Origin: Ophelia neglecta
Taxonomy: Eukaryota
Assembly (NCBI GenBank): GCA_965285935.1
Contig: OZ260664.1
Span: 15,004,001 to 15,068,000 of the forward strand
DNA length: 64,000 nucleotides
Direction: 5' to 3'
The notes under the pieces were generated by a model that worked only from the letters and a program-made list of their open reading frames with translations, searched no databases and was not told where the DNA came from. Below, piece by piece: positions 39,901-53,300 of the stretch. Position numbers and translations under genes: made by a program. Numbering within the stretch: position 1 is the first letter of the stretch; each line of letters starts with the position of its first letter.

Positions 39901-42900
39901 GCTTTAATAATCTACAGTAGTATGGTGTTTCATGAGACGAAGTCATCACAGGCTAACTTCGATAAGGCCCTCAAAATGTATTAACTTAACTACACAGTTT
40001 TACTTGTCAGATTCAATAGAAAGAGATAGATGTATAGGTAGCAATTGTATGAATCTTACGGGTCAGTCGAGTAAACATTGGCTAAGAATATGCAAATAAC
40101 CTTTGTTGCCGATTATAGTCCACAGTTTTACTAACATAACAGTTTAGAATATTCATCAACCGCGTGTACTGCATAATAATGCTAATATCTACTCGTGTTA
40201 AATGAGTCATTCTATAAGAGTCTGCTCGCCTTACTTATACTTGCATCACTGATATGAACAACCACTGTCTAAAGCACGCTAATACTCCGACAAATCCGAT
40301 ATTTACACGCACTCTCTCATACTCTTTCAAGTTAAACATCGAAGCTCAACTCTCATACTCCTTGAAGCTAACGATTGAAGCTCAGAAGTAAAATGAACAT
40401 TGTAAATTTCACATATTTAGGCATTTGGCAAAATAAAACAAACAGATCTGGCATATGTTGCTTATATGGTTAAATTGTAGGGCGTTCGGATAAAAAAGAG
40501 TTCAAATAAGCACACACAAACATGGCTTCACATGGTAGCAGGGATAAGGGATTTTATGCATGGAAATGTCGACATGATGGCTAAGCTGGTAATGTTGAAA
40601 GGGCTGTAGTTTGGATTCCAAACGAAATCAAACACCTTTGTAGTTTAAATAAAATTCATGGAAAATGTTAAATCCAAATGTAAATTTGCCTCGTAGTTTT
40701 ATACCATCCATAATACATTATGTTAAATAAAATTACTTAACTCCTGTTATATCAATATAGTCCGCGTTTGATTAATGTCCAGTGCCGAAATAATTATATT
40801 TTTCAATTTCTCGGATATCTAACTGATGTTCATAAATCCAGAAGCTAATTAGTTAATATTGTGGACTGGTAGAATATGAACATTATGTGATAAATCGAAT
40901 GAGGTATGTCAGGCCTTGAAATGACATAGACTCACAAAAAGAAGCAATTTAAAGTAGCAGGTCGCCGAGGGCATTAATTGGAGGCCTCATAAATGCCATG
41001 TAGGGTCGGGGTTTCCTGTCAGTTGAAAGAAACTTCGCATTCAATTTACAAAGAATGCCAATTACGCATATTGCACTACCTTCCCAATATATATAATTGG
41101 ACAGGCATGTACTCGCTCATGATCAAGAACAAGAGAAATTCCACCCAGGGCGTTTAAAAATAATATCCGGGCTTCTTGGTCTATAGTATAATACGCTAGT
41201 GAAAAGGAGGTGTTCGGCAGACGTGAAGCCTTTACCAACAATGATATCGGCCTTTATCGATGGTCATTTTGTATGGGCGTCTTGCAATTATCTGGTTATT
41301 GACTAAGAATGCCAACGACACGTGGATTTGATTAATCCAATGAGTTTTTTTTTCGTATTGGTTTATATGGTGTCTTCTTTAAAATTACATTATACAATGT
41401 ATGATATAAAAAGCTTTAAAGGACACTGGTACGTGAAAAATCAAAAGTTGCTTAAGCAATGTTCGTGAGCATATTGAAAGAATTGATGAAGATATGATCC
41501 AATGTGAACATGCTACAAACACTCGGAACTGTTACCTTCCTAGCCAAGCGGCTTATGCAGGGGACAAATGTAGCGCAACATTTTAAAATATAACATTTAC
41601 ATCTCACTGCTACTGATTGACGATGTCGCTAAGTATGCTGATGTAGAAGTGATAGTAATAAGAAAAGACACAATTTAAAGATACTTTGCACGAGACAGGA
41701 AAACGAGGAAAGTAATTCACAGTATATGTTGCCCCAAAGAAAACAATGAGAGTAATCTTTCATAGGGCCGTAGCACATTTCCAACATGAAAATGGCAACA
41801 GAGCGGGAGAAAATATGCGAGCATGCAGCACTTATTTATACGTTAAGGTGTGTGGTGTTCGTGCACGATTAATTTTAATTCGTAATTCGAGCTGACTAAA
41901 GCCTGGTTGTATTAGCGCAAAAAGAGAGGAAGGTATGCCAAGTCGGCAGCCTTGTTCCCGGTCACAATGTCAAAGGGGGACTGCGACTCGCCAAGGCCAT
42001 GTAATTGTGAATTTGGACGAGAGAAGGTGGATCAGCGCCACCGCCAGGGAAACTAGCCCTATTGCAATGAACACATGGATTTCTTCAGGGCTTTGTGTTA
42101 ACAGCAAAAGCGAAAGGTGCGGCGAAAGCAGCATTGGTAGCACGATAATCTATAATATCTGTCATTTTATAACACAACCCTTACCCAAACATACCGGTTT
42201 TGTTCATGATACAAGGGGGTAAGGGTGGGGTTATTATTGTGATCATACTAGCTAATTTCAAGAGGCCTAGCTGCTTTCGCCTCAGCTTTCGCTTTCGCTT
42301 TTAACACGAAGCCTTTCTTCAGGTAGAACATATTTGAAGTGTGTAATCTGGTTATGGGAATGTACATCAACTCGGTACAATCATAGTGCAAGCAGAGAAA
42401 CTACAACTTTTTTTAATCAGAACATTTTATATGTTGCCTATAATTATCTTTTCGTTCACATTGGAAGAGCATATACCACACTACTAGGCATCACAAATGA
42501 CTTGCATGCAACTGCTAGCGACGTTTTAAAACAGTATTAGTCATGTCTGGTCTGATGTAATTTCTACATTTATTCAAAACCAGGCGTAAGTCTCCAAACG
42601 AAAAATAGGGCCAATTAGATATATGTTTTGGTGATTCACGAATAAAGTTTGCCTTCTTTCTCGTTTGAGGAACGAAATAACAATAGTCTTGTTCAATTGT
42701 AAAAATAACAAGTAATGATAAGTTGACCTAGCGCATACCCCCCCCCCCCTTTTCCTTCATCCCCTCTACTTCAAGGTATTCTTCTCATTAATCATATTTT
42801 CCTAGATTTCTACAAACTGTTAAAATAATGACAACGTCCTACCCCGTTATTTGGCGGGGTAGGACAAGCTAACTTCCTGGTAAATATGGTTAGTCGTCGA

Positions 42901-44004
42901 AGAAAAAACGTTGATGCCTAAATGACCGACCCCGGGGTCTCTGCATGAACTACTCAACACACGAAACACTAACTGACTAAAAAGCAGACATCTCCGGGAT
43001 GCCTGCATTGTATGTTAAAGTGATTAAGTTGACCGCAGTTGAGGAAAGCGCCGAGACCATGATATTTAGGACATTATGCGTTTACATATGTCAAATTTGG
43101 TAAATATATTGATTCTAATTTTCAATTATGACGGAACAGGTGAATCCGCCACATGCGTAGGTGTAAAAACAATGGCAAAAAGATCTTCGAGTGAGCAGTC
43201 GAAGGGCGAGTCATCGATCGTGTTTTGACTCTCCTCGAGTCATATGAAATTCCTGATTCGATACCAGGAGTCTTTGAGACGAGTTCTTTATTTAGGTTAA
43301 ATCCACAGGGCAGAGAAACCCTTTGTTCTAATTCTACATTATTTTCCAGTAATTTAGTGCTGTAAGTAGTGTAGCGTCAGAACAAAGGGCTCCGCCGCTA
43401 AGCGTATAAACGGGTAACTATGAACAACAAAAAGTTAATTGTTATGGAAAACACCGATTGCAACATATAGGTTAATATGCAACATTTTTCGCTACACAAA
43501 TTCACCGACCTCTACTAAATCGCCCTTTTTACAAAAATAAGTAAGTGTGAACAAAACGCAAAGGGAATATTGTGCTGTTACTTGTATATTCCATACTTTT
43601 CTTCTAATTTGAATCCATAGCGATGAACTACATAGTTTTCTTGACTTTGAGACACAGTCACGCAGTTATTCGAGCATGGATAACGTTTCTTAAACGGCAT
43701 CCTGGCTGGAAAAAATATCTATCTTAAAAATGTTTAAACTCATAGAATGTCGTTATAGAAACGTATTTCTTATTAAATGGAGGTGCCAATTACTGTATCC
43801 AAGGTTTCTACTTACCGTGTCCTGAATGACTATTTGGTGCTCCTCCAGCCGTGTTGCGGTACCAGGCGTGTTGTGCCGTTCATTCATAAGTAGAGGGAAC
43901 GGGTGTGTGGTCTCGCCAATAGCATGTAAAAAGTATATATTTTTGAAAGACATTCTATAATGACGTCATACTGACCCTGCAGTACATGCTACGGCTGATG
44001 AGTG

Positions 44005-44200
44005 CTGGTTGGTTGGTTGTTATGGGTTTTACGTGGCTTTCAACACTTATATGGTCATATCGCCACGGTGCCTGCTTGTGTCACGTAGGCACATGACTTC
44101 AAAGTTAAACTCTTTCACTACCCGAGGTCAGATAATAATTTCTTGTCACATACTTTCAGAATCCGACCGGGGGCCACACATGTGCCCTGGCGCTTATGCA
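44005..44200 (-). mobile_element. Possible SINE 3' end with (TTGG)n tail
   Basis: ggttggttggttg...gttttacgtggctttcaacacttat..ggtcatatcgccacgg resembles the reverse-oriented tail of common mollusc-type SINEs. Recognised from memory only. Confidence 0.35.
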
Positions 44201-45295
44201 TAGCATAGCTGTAGACGAACTGTTTTGTCGTTTTCTAAACATAAAGCACACATGTAAAGACTACCACCATGTCTTTTTTAATTAACGACGTATATTTGTT
44301 AACAAAGTCTATGTAATAAAACGGCCTTTCGAATTAATTCAATATGGTTAATTATACGTCAAAACACTATACTCGACCTTAAATATTCCTGATTTAATTA
44401 TGATTTTCATTACATCTTCCTCTTTCATGAAAATCAAAGGTATCTAACTTACGTTTTGGTTGGGGCTTTCTCCTTAGATATTATCATATGACAGATTGTA
44501 CTAGAATTCCCTCCCGCTATCTGCGCTGGGAAATGACGCGGAATGCCGTCAAATCCCTATTGTTAACTAGTACCGTCGCACTATATAAATGATAGCACGA
44601 ACAATGGTCTTACTACCTAAATATTTCGTTTCAAACAGATTCGTTGATGAAGCATATCACATATCATTGATATACATCTATCCATATTTCAGGGCCAATC
44701 CACCTCGTAATACACTGAGATGCCTGTTATAGTCAAGGAAATTGGCAACTTTGAGCGATATCTTAATTTCCTTAGAAAAGCTAACGAGAAAAAGAGAGAG
44801 TTGTACTGTGACCTTAAGAGAATATTTAATGCGAATTTGATGGATTAATTCTCTACTTGACATTTAATACTAATATACCAGAACTATTTGAAAGAATATG
44901 GACAAATAAATACCATGCATATTAATGAATTATGCGTAAAACATATAGAATGACATTTAATTTAAGGAGTGAAAAATGATCTTAAGATTTATTTTGATAT
45001 GAACTGATTGAAATATTATTAATATTAATATACTCGACATTTTTACAAAGGAACTGTGTTAATTCTGGACAGTCGTAAAATTGTAGACCAAAAGATGATG
45101 ATATGGATATGTGTGTATATGGACACTTGCTTATAGACATGTGCTTAGTGTGTAGCATAATGCAATAAATGCTTGAACTTTAATAACATTATGAGGCAGT
45201 AGAGATACGAATATATGTTTTTTGAAGCTGTAAAATGATATCGTGACGTAAAGTAGTAAAAGGTTGATAATAGTGTAGTATATTTTATTTCACAG

Positions 45296-46371
45296 TGGCT
45301 GTGACGGTTCTTCTTGGAATGTTTATGGTCCTCCCCATTGGGATGTTATCAGTGGGTAAGACCAACTGTTTTACTCAATTCAGGTTATGCCACCGCCGGC
45401 TAACAGAATAGGCATGTTTACAAGAAAGGGCATATTAATAGACACATAGCTTGTTCACCCAATAGTTTTAAATAATGAACAAGCTTTGGGTTAATAATAG
45501 TAATATATTACAACTTAAAATAATTTAATTAAAATCAACTGGACCATTTCGTCGATTATTTAAAGGGCTAATTTGAAAACAATCAAACTAAATGTGAACT
45601 GCAATGAAAACAGTCAGGTGCCGGGGGCCTATTTTTTGCTTACTTTATATATTCTTATCCTTAGACATTTAATTTAAGCCTTATTGACTCACCTCATTTC
45701 TGCCGGGTCTGACATTAACTGCTTATGGTTAAAGTGTTGTTTCTTTATCATCTAATGAGCCTTTTATTTTTTCTTGCTTTTTACAGGAGTTAAATATCTG
45801 TCAGAGTGTCCTAAAGAACCTAGGATACCCATTTACTTACTGGTTGGAGGATGCTTTGGCCTGCTCAAGCTACTATCAATGCTATGGAAACAGGTAAACT
45901 TATCGTGCTAGAGCATACTTAAAGACGCTTTGTCTCATTTAACGCTTTAGGAATTGAACAAGCGAATTGACTTATCGAAATAAATATATAATTAGGAGCG
46001 GTGTGTTGAAATCAGATTGCTTTTATCTTTTCGCTGTATAGGTCAGGTCTCGTCGTTACGAGAGTTTGGACGAGTTCTACGACACAGACGAAGATCACGG
46101 GGCCGTCTTCATGTCACAATCTTCCCGTTTCACCGATGTTGTTCTCAGTATATTTCTGTTGATCTGGTTTGCCTTTGGTAACTACTGGGTGTACAGTATC
46201 TGGATGCCAAGCTTCGACCAGATGCTAAACGACCCCAGTAATTGGTGTGACAAAAGGGTATATATGTTTGCTTTTGTTCAGATATGCATCACCAACGGTC
46301 TGGTCGGACTTATTGGATGTCTGTTCTTTATCATCACGATATGTCAAAGGATGAAAGGAGATAAATCATAG
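45296..46371 (+). CDS. TMEM272: TMEM272-like multi-pass membrane protein, 5'-partial; exons 45296-45355, 45787-45893, 46042-46371
   Basis: Spliced product VAVTVLLGMFMVLPIGMLSVG VKYLSECPKEPRIPIYLLVGGCFGLLK...FLLIWFAFGNYWVYSIWMP...NWCDKRVYMFAF. It carries the CP..P.IP.YLLVGG, WF..GNYWV and CDK.xY.FA family motifs. GT-AG sites and phases are consistent. Confidence 0.9.
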
Positions 46372-46405
46372 CCTGCAACATACGAACACATTTTTGCACA
46401 TTTGC

Positions 46406-46499
46406 TGCAGAGTGCAGACATATACTATTTCTAATTATGTAAGAGAGTTAATTGCAGAGTGCAGACATATACTATTTCTAATTATGTAAGAGAGTTAAT
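46406..46499. repeat. Perfect 47-bp tandem duplication in the TMEM272-like 3' UTR
   Basis: tgcagagtgcagacatatactatttctaattatgtaagagagttaat occurs twice back to back. Confidence 0.95.
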
Positions 46500-49400
46500 T
46501 GTGTATATTTGAATATGTATAAGAGTTACCTCTTAAATTAGGGAAAACCGTCTATCTGTATACTGAAATATATCTTATTCTTGTCCTGTGTACGATTTGT
46601 ATATACATGGTCCCATATCACATATTGTCATTGAAAAATGAGGGATTTATTCATAATTGATCTTAACGAGAAAATATATCTCTATGTAATAATTGCGGAT
46701 AGTCTTCATGTCCTGTCTATTTTCCCTGCTTTAGAACTAATGGAGGGGAATTGTTACCTAAATACCAATACATCAATCGATCAGTCGTTTAGCGCATTGA
46801 GCATATTGTTATAAGCATATCAACTAAGGTTCAGGCGTAGATTTGTATATTTTTTGAATAATGTTTTGTTGTAAGTTGTGACTCGTTATGTTTTTCTGTG
46901 TGTATCATGTTTGCCTTTAATAATATTTATTATGAAATAAGTTACTGGCGCTTTTTAGGATCCAGAAAAAACCATATTAAAGCCGCAATGCGGATGATGT
47001 TTTCAACTTATGAAATGCACTACCATTCCTTTGGTTTTCTTCAACAAGATCCTAATTCAAACAATGGGACCGGTGCCTTTTGAATTTAAAAATACATAAT
47101 CAAGAAATCAGTTGTGAAAGTCTCATTGTGGTAGAAAGTATTTGTATACCCTTGATAATGTCTCTAGGATTATACTTATCTTGACATTGCAATTTGATCA
47201 TTATTATTTTTGATATTAACAGTATTATTGCTAAAGAAAAGAGCAGATAATCTGAGTACAAGCAAAATGCATGTCAAATTTCGATTCCGTGCGTGCCTTT
47301 GATTGTAAGATTGATATATTGTGATCAAGTGCTCGCAATAAGCCAGGTCAATGGCAGTAGATAGTGACCTTTTGAACATTGATCAATTAAGCACAATTGG
47401 CCCATAGTGTTGTCTCGTTTATAACAAGAGAAATGCATTGATGTTCATTTATGCCGATCTATCCGCAACAAAACTCATGTGGATACGTTTGATTCTTATT
47501 AATGAGCCGGTGTCACTGTTAACCTAAGGGTATGAAACAGGATACTACTTCTCTGTGTGTATGTTGCCTTCAAAGAATATAGATTGAAGGTTCTATGATG
47601 ACTACGCTACTGCGCAATAACGTGGTAAGTTAAGTAGTCGACATTTGGATGGTAGCCTGTCCAAAATGGATACGGATCTGTGAGTTGTGGTGTTAATGGA
47701 AGCAGTAAAATTCCTTACCTGAATACAAGTTTCAAATAAATGGGACTATATAGTGTGTTAGTCAGGTATCTTGAATGTGTAAACAAAAGTCTCATGGGAA
47801 TGTTGTGGTGAAAGTACACCACATACCTGAAAAAATTAGCGAATTAGCAAAGAAATATTAGACAAATTTACTGAAGATATTTCGAACATATATGATGAAG
47901 AAAAACGGTGTTTAAAGCGCAGAAATACATAGCTTTATATTAAGTTTTATTCGAGATCAATACATGTTTATTGCCAAGGTGGTCGTTATTAGCTCTGATT
48001 ATGAACTGATGTTTTGTATTTATTATTTTTTTTAATTGATCTGCTTTCATCGAGTCCACAAGACAAGTCCTAAAGCTGGAAAAAATATATGTATACATGT
48101 TGACTTTAAAGACGTTAAGTATGTATATGATTCATTCAAACGCTTGACGGCGTTTATTTCATGTAAGCTCATTCTCTGTGACATATGATCGGGTAGGAGA
48201 GGAAGTGTTTAAATGAAATATTGGTTGAAGATGTAGACACATCCACAACATTAAACAAATGGCTTTATTCGTGTCGAGCATACCTGCTAGCTAAACTTAA
48301 TATTACCATTAATATAGCCATCTGGGTAAACCAAACAGCCAAAATATCTTGTAACAGACTTTTTAGAGGTAATCAACATATAATGGTAACGTTGCTAGAT
48401 TAATAGAGTAATGACCCTCATAGCATCAGCATACTTTGAGGAACAGCTGGGAGAAGACACCGACCATGATCGATAGACAATTCCCATGTATCTAACATTA
48501 ATATGCCTCTACATGTCTCCACCCGGTACCGCAGACATTACCTCGTTGGCGTTTGGCTTGACAGTTGGGGATGGAGAGTGGGGGTAGAGGGGGGGGGGGT
48601 ATGGAGTTTCATAATGGTTAGGATATCCAAGCCATCCGGAGGGAGCATGCACATGGTCAGGTCCTCCTATCATAAACACTGACTGAAGTAGGAGACATTG
48701 ACACGGGCATGTTACCAGAGAGACTATAGAGTATACCTACTATCCATCTATTGTCTGACCTTTGGACAGCCTACAAATTCTCTGTGAGAGGTGTCGCACA
48801 TGCAACATAACTATATATGTTAATGCACAGTATTAGTCATATGGCGATCACAGGGCCATGACTGTATTCGGTATGATTAACTACACACTTATAGCACTAG
48901 TACAATTAATGCGCAGGACCAGTGACACCAGAGTCAACGGGACATGTAGTATCATATGGTCTTCTATTGAAATGTAAAACCGGTACGTAAAATTGGCTAC
49001 ATCTCGCTAATATTACGTTTATATAAATAATGTTTATGCGTTTATAAAATATAGGGTTACTTCAGGCGGTTCTCACAGTATGCAGCCTTTTTTCCGCCCA
49101 ACTTGCATGTGAAATACTGCGCGAAATTAAATGATGCACAAAAGTGACCGTTTTTACTGTGCGCGCTATATAAGCTTACACTATGCGCGAATTAAATTGA
49201 TAGGCGGATTAACAGACTTCCCCTAAATGCGTCCATCCGTTTATAACAGGCATGTAACACGGGTTACGTCAGATAAATCAGGAAATGTTAGGGATAATTT
49301 CAATTTTATGATTCAAGTTTTAAAACTCTCCCCGTATATAACGGTTACTGCAAATAAATGCCCATGGGCCAAATTATGCACGAATTTTATAACATGGCCT

Positions 49401-50031
49401 TACACACTAATGAGTCTGCTTTAGACCAGCTGTCAGGTCTTCCACAGACATTAATTTGTAATGGCGATTTCCCTTTTTAATTGCTTCCAAAATATAATTT
49501 AGAGCCCAAAGAGGGTAGCATAGTTAAACTATATACGCATGCGCGAACAGGGGAACCGACCGAACACCTATTCAGATGGCTTTCCCGAGGCGATTCCCAG
49601 CCGGAGTCAATGGTAGCTAGATATCATGGCGTGATCCAAGATGTGATGATGTCATTGCTTTCCCTTTATTTTTGAAACTCGAAATGTGTCACTCGTCATA
49701 TGATTTACCTTCGTTGTAGCTTGTACAAAAGTGCAGTACAACTTGTAGTTCAGGAAGTATTGACACGGGAAATACTGATTAAAGTCAAAACTGATTATCT
49801 GCTAACCTGAACCGTTAGCACTCGTTAATTTACAATCGCATTTACTTACAATTAAGCACCGTGGGCGCTGACTATACCTGTTAATTTAGCCAGCAATGTA
49901 AGGATCCAAAAACCAGGATACGCTGTGTATGGAATTATTGGGACAGAAATGACCCATACATATGAATTAAGTGTCAATACAACTAGAAATATTCAGAGAT
50001 AGCAGGACTATTCACAAGTGAGTATTCAACA

Positions 50032-50385
50032 ATGGATTTATCTTTCGAGATAGGGCTGGGTGTTTCTATTCCGGTCGTTTTGTTAGTAATATTCCTTTGT
50101 TGCTACTGTATTTGTTTAGCGAGGAAATCGAGACTAGACGTTGGTCCTCCAAGTTACCGAGCATTGATAGAGGAGGGTACAGTCCCTGGGCCTCGCAGCG
50201 TAGGATATATGTCGGTACCCAGGCCAAACCTTCCAGACTACAGGCCAAGACCCGCCCCGGTCCCTGGGGGATCGCGACAGTTCCCACATCGGCACACACC
50301 ACTACCTCCGTATGAGAGTCTGTCATGTGCCTTACCAATAGGTTGTGACAACATTGAACCGAAAACAGTACATCCAATAATATAG
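50032..50385 (+). CDS. Small single-pass membrane protein with Cys cluster and PY motifs (WBP1/VOPP1/Shisa-like architecture)
   Basis: 117-aa ATG-initiated ORF in good context (acaATGG). N-terminal TM IGLGVSIPVVLLVIFL, then CCYCIC, basic RKSR, and a Pro-rich tail with PPSY, LPDY and LPPY. Confidence 0.78.
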   Translation: MDLSFEIGLGVSIPVVLLVIFLCCYCICLARKSRLDVGPPSYRALIEEGTVPGPRSVGYMSVPRPNLPDYRPRPAPVPGGSRQFPHRHTPLPPYESLSCALPIGCDNIEPKTVHPII

Positions 50386-53300
50386 TGAAATGGCACATAC
50401 TGGTTAATACTACTTTATCCAATTGTCTACTGAATGTGAACTTGTTAGACAACTGATTTGTATATTATCGCTGATTTATTTATCAATTTTATTAGGTCAG
50501 ATTGGTCTGCTTATGTCCTAGTTGAGTCGTGGTTCTATGAACAGCTCAAATATACTTCATGTTATTTTGAAAATGATATTTTTTATATCAAATTGTTGAT
50601 GTTGCTGTTGAAATGTCCTTCAGACAGGCAGGTCAGCAAAAGCAAAAATTATATGATCCAAGTGTCTAAATGTCTGCCTTGTATCGGATTACGTTTTATG
50701 AACACCGAGTAATGCTGTGTTATGATGAGGTGTGTTCAAAGTTTAGCAGGGGCTGAGACACATGCCAACATTTTAGAAAAATATAAACAAATCATTGATC
50801 GATTAATGACTTGGTCAAATATCAAATTATTAACATCAAACATTAAAGTTAAACTAAACTTACATAACAATTCAAGTACCTTACAATATCTTTATTACCA
50901 ACTACAGCTAGTACAGTCTATAGACAAAGAAAAAAAACGATTTTAACCAGGAGGGAGCATTGTATTTCAAGTTAAGGGTTGGGTGCTATTTTCAAATGGG
51001 AATTATTGGAATGAGTCAATAATTTGGGATTTTTATTAGGACGTGTTGTATTTTTAATTGGAACATGAATGGGTACATTTTATGATACAAGATTTAAACG
51101 ATTCATGATATTGATGACTTTGCCTCCACCCACCTCCTGATTTTCGTGGTATAGCCGATTGAGCGTCTCTAGTGTAACAAAAATCATCCCAATGAACCAA
51201 AGATTGCGGTTTTTACATCGCAAAAGACTAAAAACCAGGACATATTTACAGCAGTAAACATTGGCGAGTTAATGGAATAAAATCCAGTCGATAGGAACAC
51301 AACAATTCAGTTTTGTCAGATTCAATCAATCCTTAAGCAAATAACTTCCCTTACTGATGACTCGGCTGACTTGGCGAAAGTTCATACCGCAAAATATATA
51401 TAAGCATTTCCCAAATGTTGGCCCACGGTACCATTTGTCGGCATCATGGTGAGTTACGATGGGTACGGTATACACCGCTATACATGAACATTATTTGATA
51501 GCATTTTATCATTGGTAGCTTGATGTGGACTATCACAATGTCCATGCCACTTCCCCATGATACCGATGTGGGGATGTACTAGAGTGACATTTGACGATTA
51601 TGATTGACAATACTGGCAATTAATTTAATAGAAACTAGTGAATATATGAAGCATTCAGCCACATTGCTGTCTACATTAATAAACTGAGTGAAATAATCTG
51701 ATTCCTTTTGGATCGTAGCAATGTCTGTCGCTATAGAGTTCAAATGTGCATCACAAGATTTCTTACTAGTCACCATACCTAGTTTTTAAATTCAAGGCTC
51801 ATAAATCTGTTCTAGAGTATATTAGTTATGTTAATTATTCTTAATTAATTGATTTGTGGCATGCAAATCGACCTTGGACGCTTTTCAGTCTGTCACATTT
51901 GCATTTCGTTGGTGGTTATAGTGGTGGAAATCGAAAAATAAAACAAATGTTTCAACATGAATTTGTATGTGATAAAGTTAAAATTGGCTATTCAGACTCT
52001 TTAACTACTCACGGGCGTTATGTAAAAAGGTTGCCTGGAAAAGCGGTCTACGTTATAGACCGCCTATTAATAATAACAATTTATGCTAATGAGCTGGTGA
52101 ATAAGCCACTAGTGTTCACTATATTTTTCTTAAACTAACGCTTAGCTACGCTCCAACGCTTGAATGTGTGACAGTGTTCAGGTTGTTTCTTACCGTTTAG
52201 CACAATAAATACTATAGTAGAGACTCCAGACTCAATGACATGTTCGCAGATTGTACGGCCAGACAGCCACTGCAATTTGCAACCAATTTAGCGGTATTCT
52301 GGGTTTGAATACCTTAAATATAGTTGGTTCTAAATTGCAACTCTTTGATCGAATCGATCAATTTGTATCGTTTAGCAATTTATGTACATATTGTTATCAA
52401 ATTGCCTTAACCTAATGAAATACTGTTTACCAAATGTGTAAAGCTTAGCCCTCGAAGTAGAAATGAATGTCTAGCGCTACCTTGCTACAATACAGAATAT
52501 TATGGCAAGAAAATTATGGCAATAGTCATCGCTTAAATCATGTAAAATTTCATTTTTAACGACCCCGTAAAACAACCTCGGTTAGCTTCGGGTCTGATAA
52601 GCGACGCACCATACGATGTCTTGGGTGGTGCGTTTTAATATGTGAGTGGGGGGGGGGTAAATAAGGTCCCTAACATTCCCAGGGTCAGCATTGTAGAAGA
52701 AGTTTGCCGCAACACAATTGCGCATTTACATGAACATTTGGAGCAACAAAATGAAAGAGGTCATCCTCCATTCATACCCCCCCCCCCCCCCCCCCGCCTC
52801 CCCCCATTGATCTAGCGTTTCGTCACCAATGCTACATACAATAGAGCACATTCGACATAAATAGGGCATGCTTCATTCTTTATACCTTGGATTATCTATA
52901 CACATAAAAACATTCAATGATACCACTGAGTGTGCTTTCAGATAAATATCCTTATATGAACTTATCACATTTAAGTACCGTCACTTTGTTCTGTAGGATA
53001 CTATAATATATTACAATAGCTGATTGTGGCAACATGTTCCTAATTGTCAATGAATAATTAATGGTCTATACCATTATGGGTGGCACTTTTGGCCATCCAT
53101 GGAGAATAGCCCCGATTGTGTCTGACTCCGGGGACTAGGCTTTTATTTACATTGACCGTGATCAGAAATATGTGACTCGGCCATTGCATTGAGACGTGTT
53201 TTTGTTGGGAGTTCTTGTCACCCATGGTACGTCGCTGAACTCAGTCATGGTATCAAGTCAAACAACGGGGATATACAGTAACAATTTACGGTATAAAATA

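Noticed and set aside
50066-50452. 128-aa antisense ORF and 72-aa alternative-frame ORF
   Set aside because: Shadows of the PY-motif gene with no motifs of their own.
51354-51385. Hammerhead-like CTGATGA...CGAAA
   Set aside because: Stem II is mostly G-U pairs and there is no convincing stem I or III.
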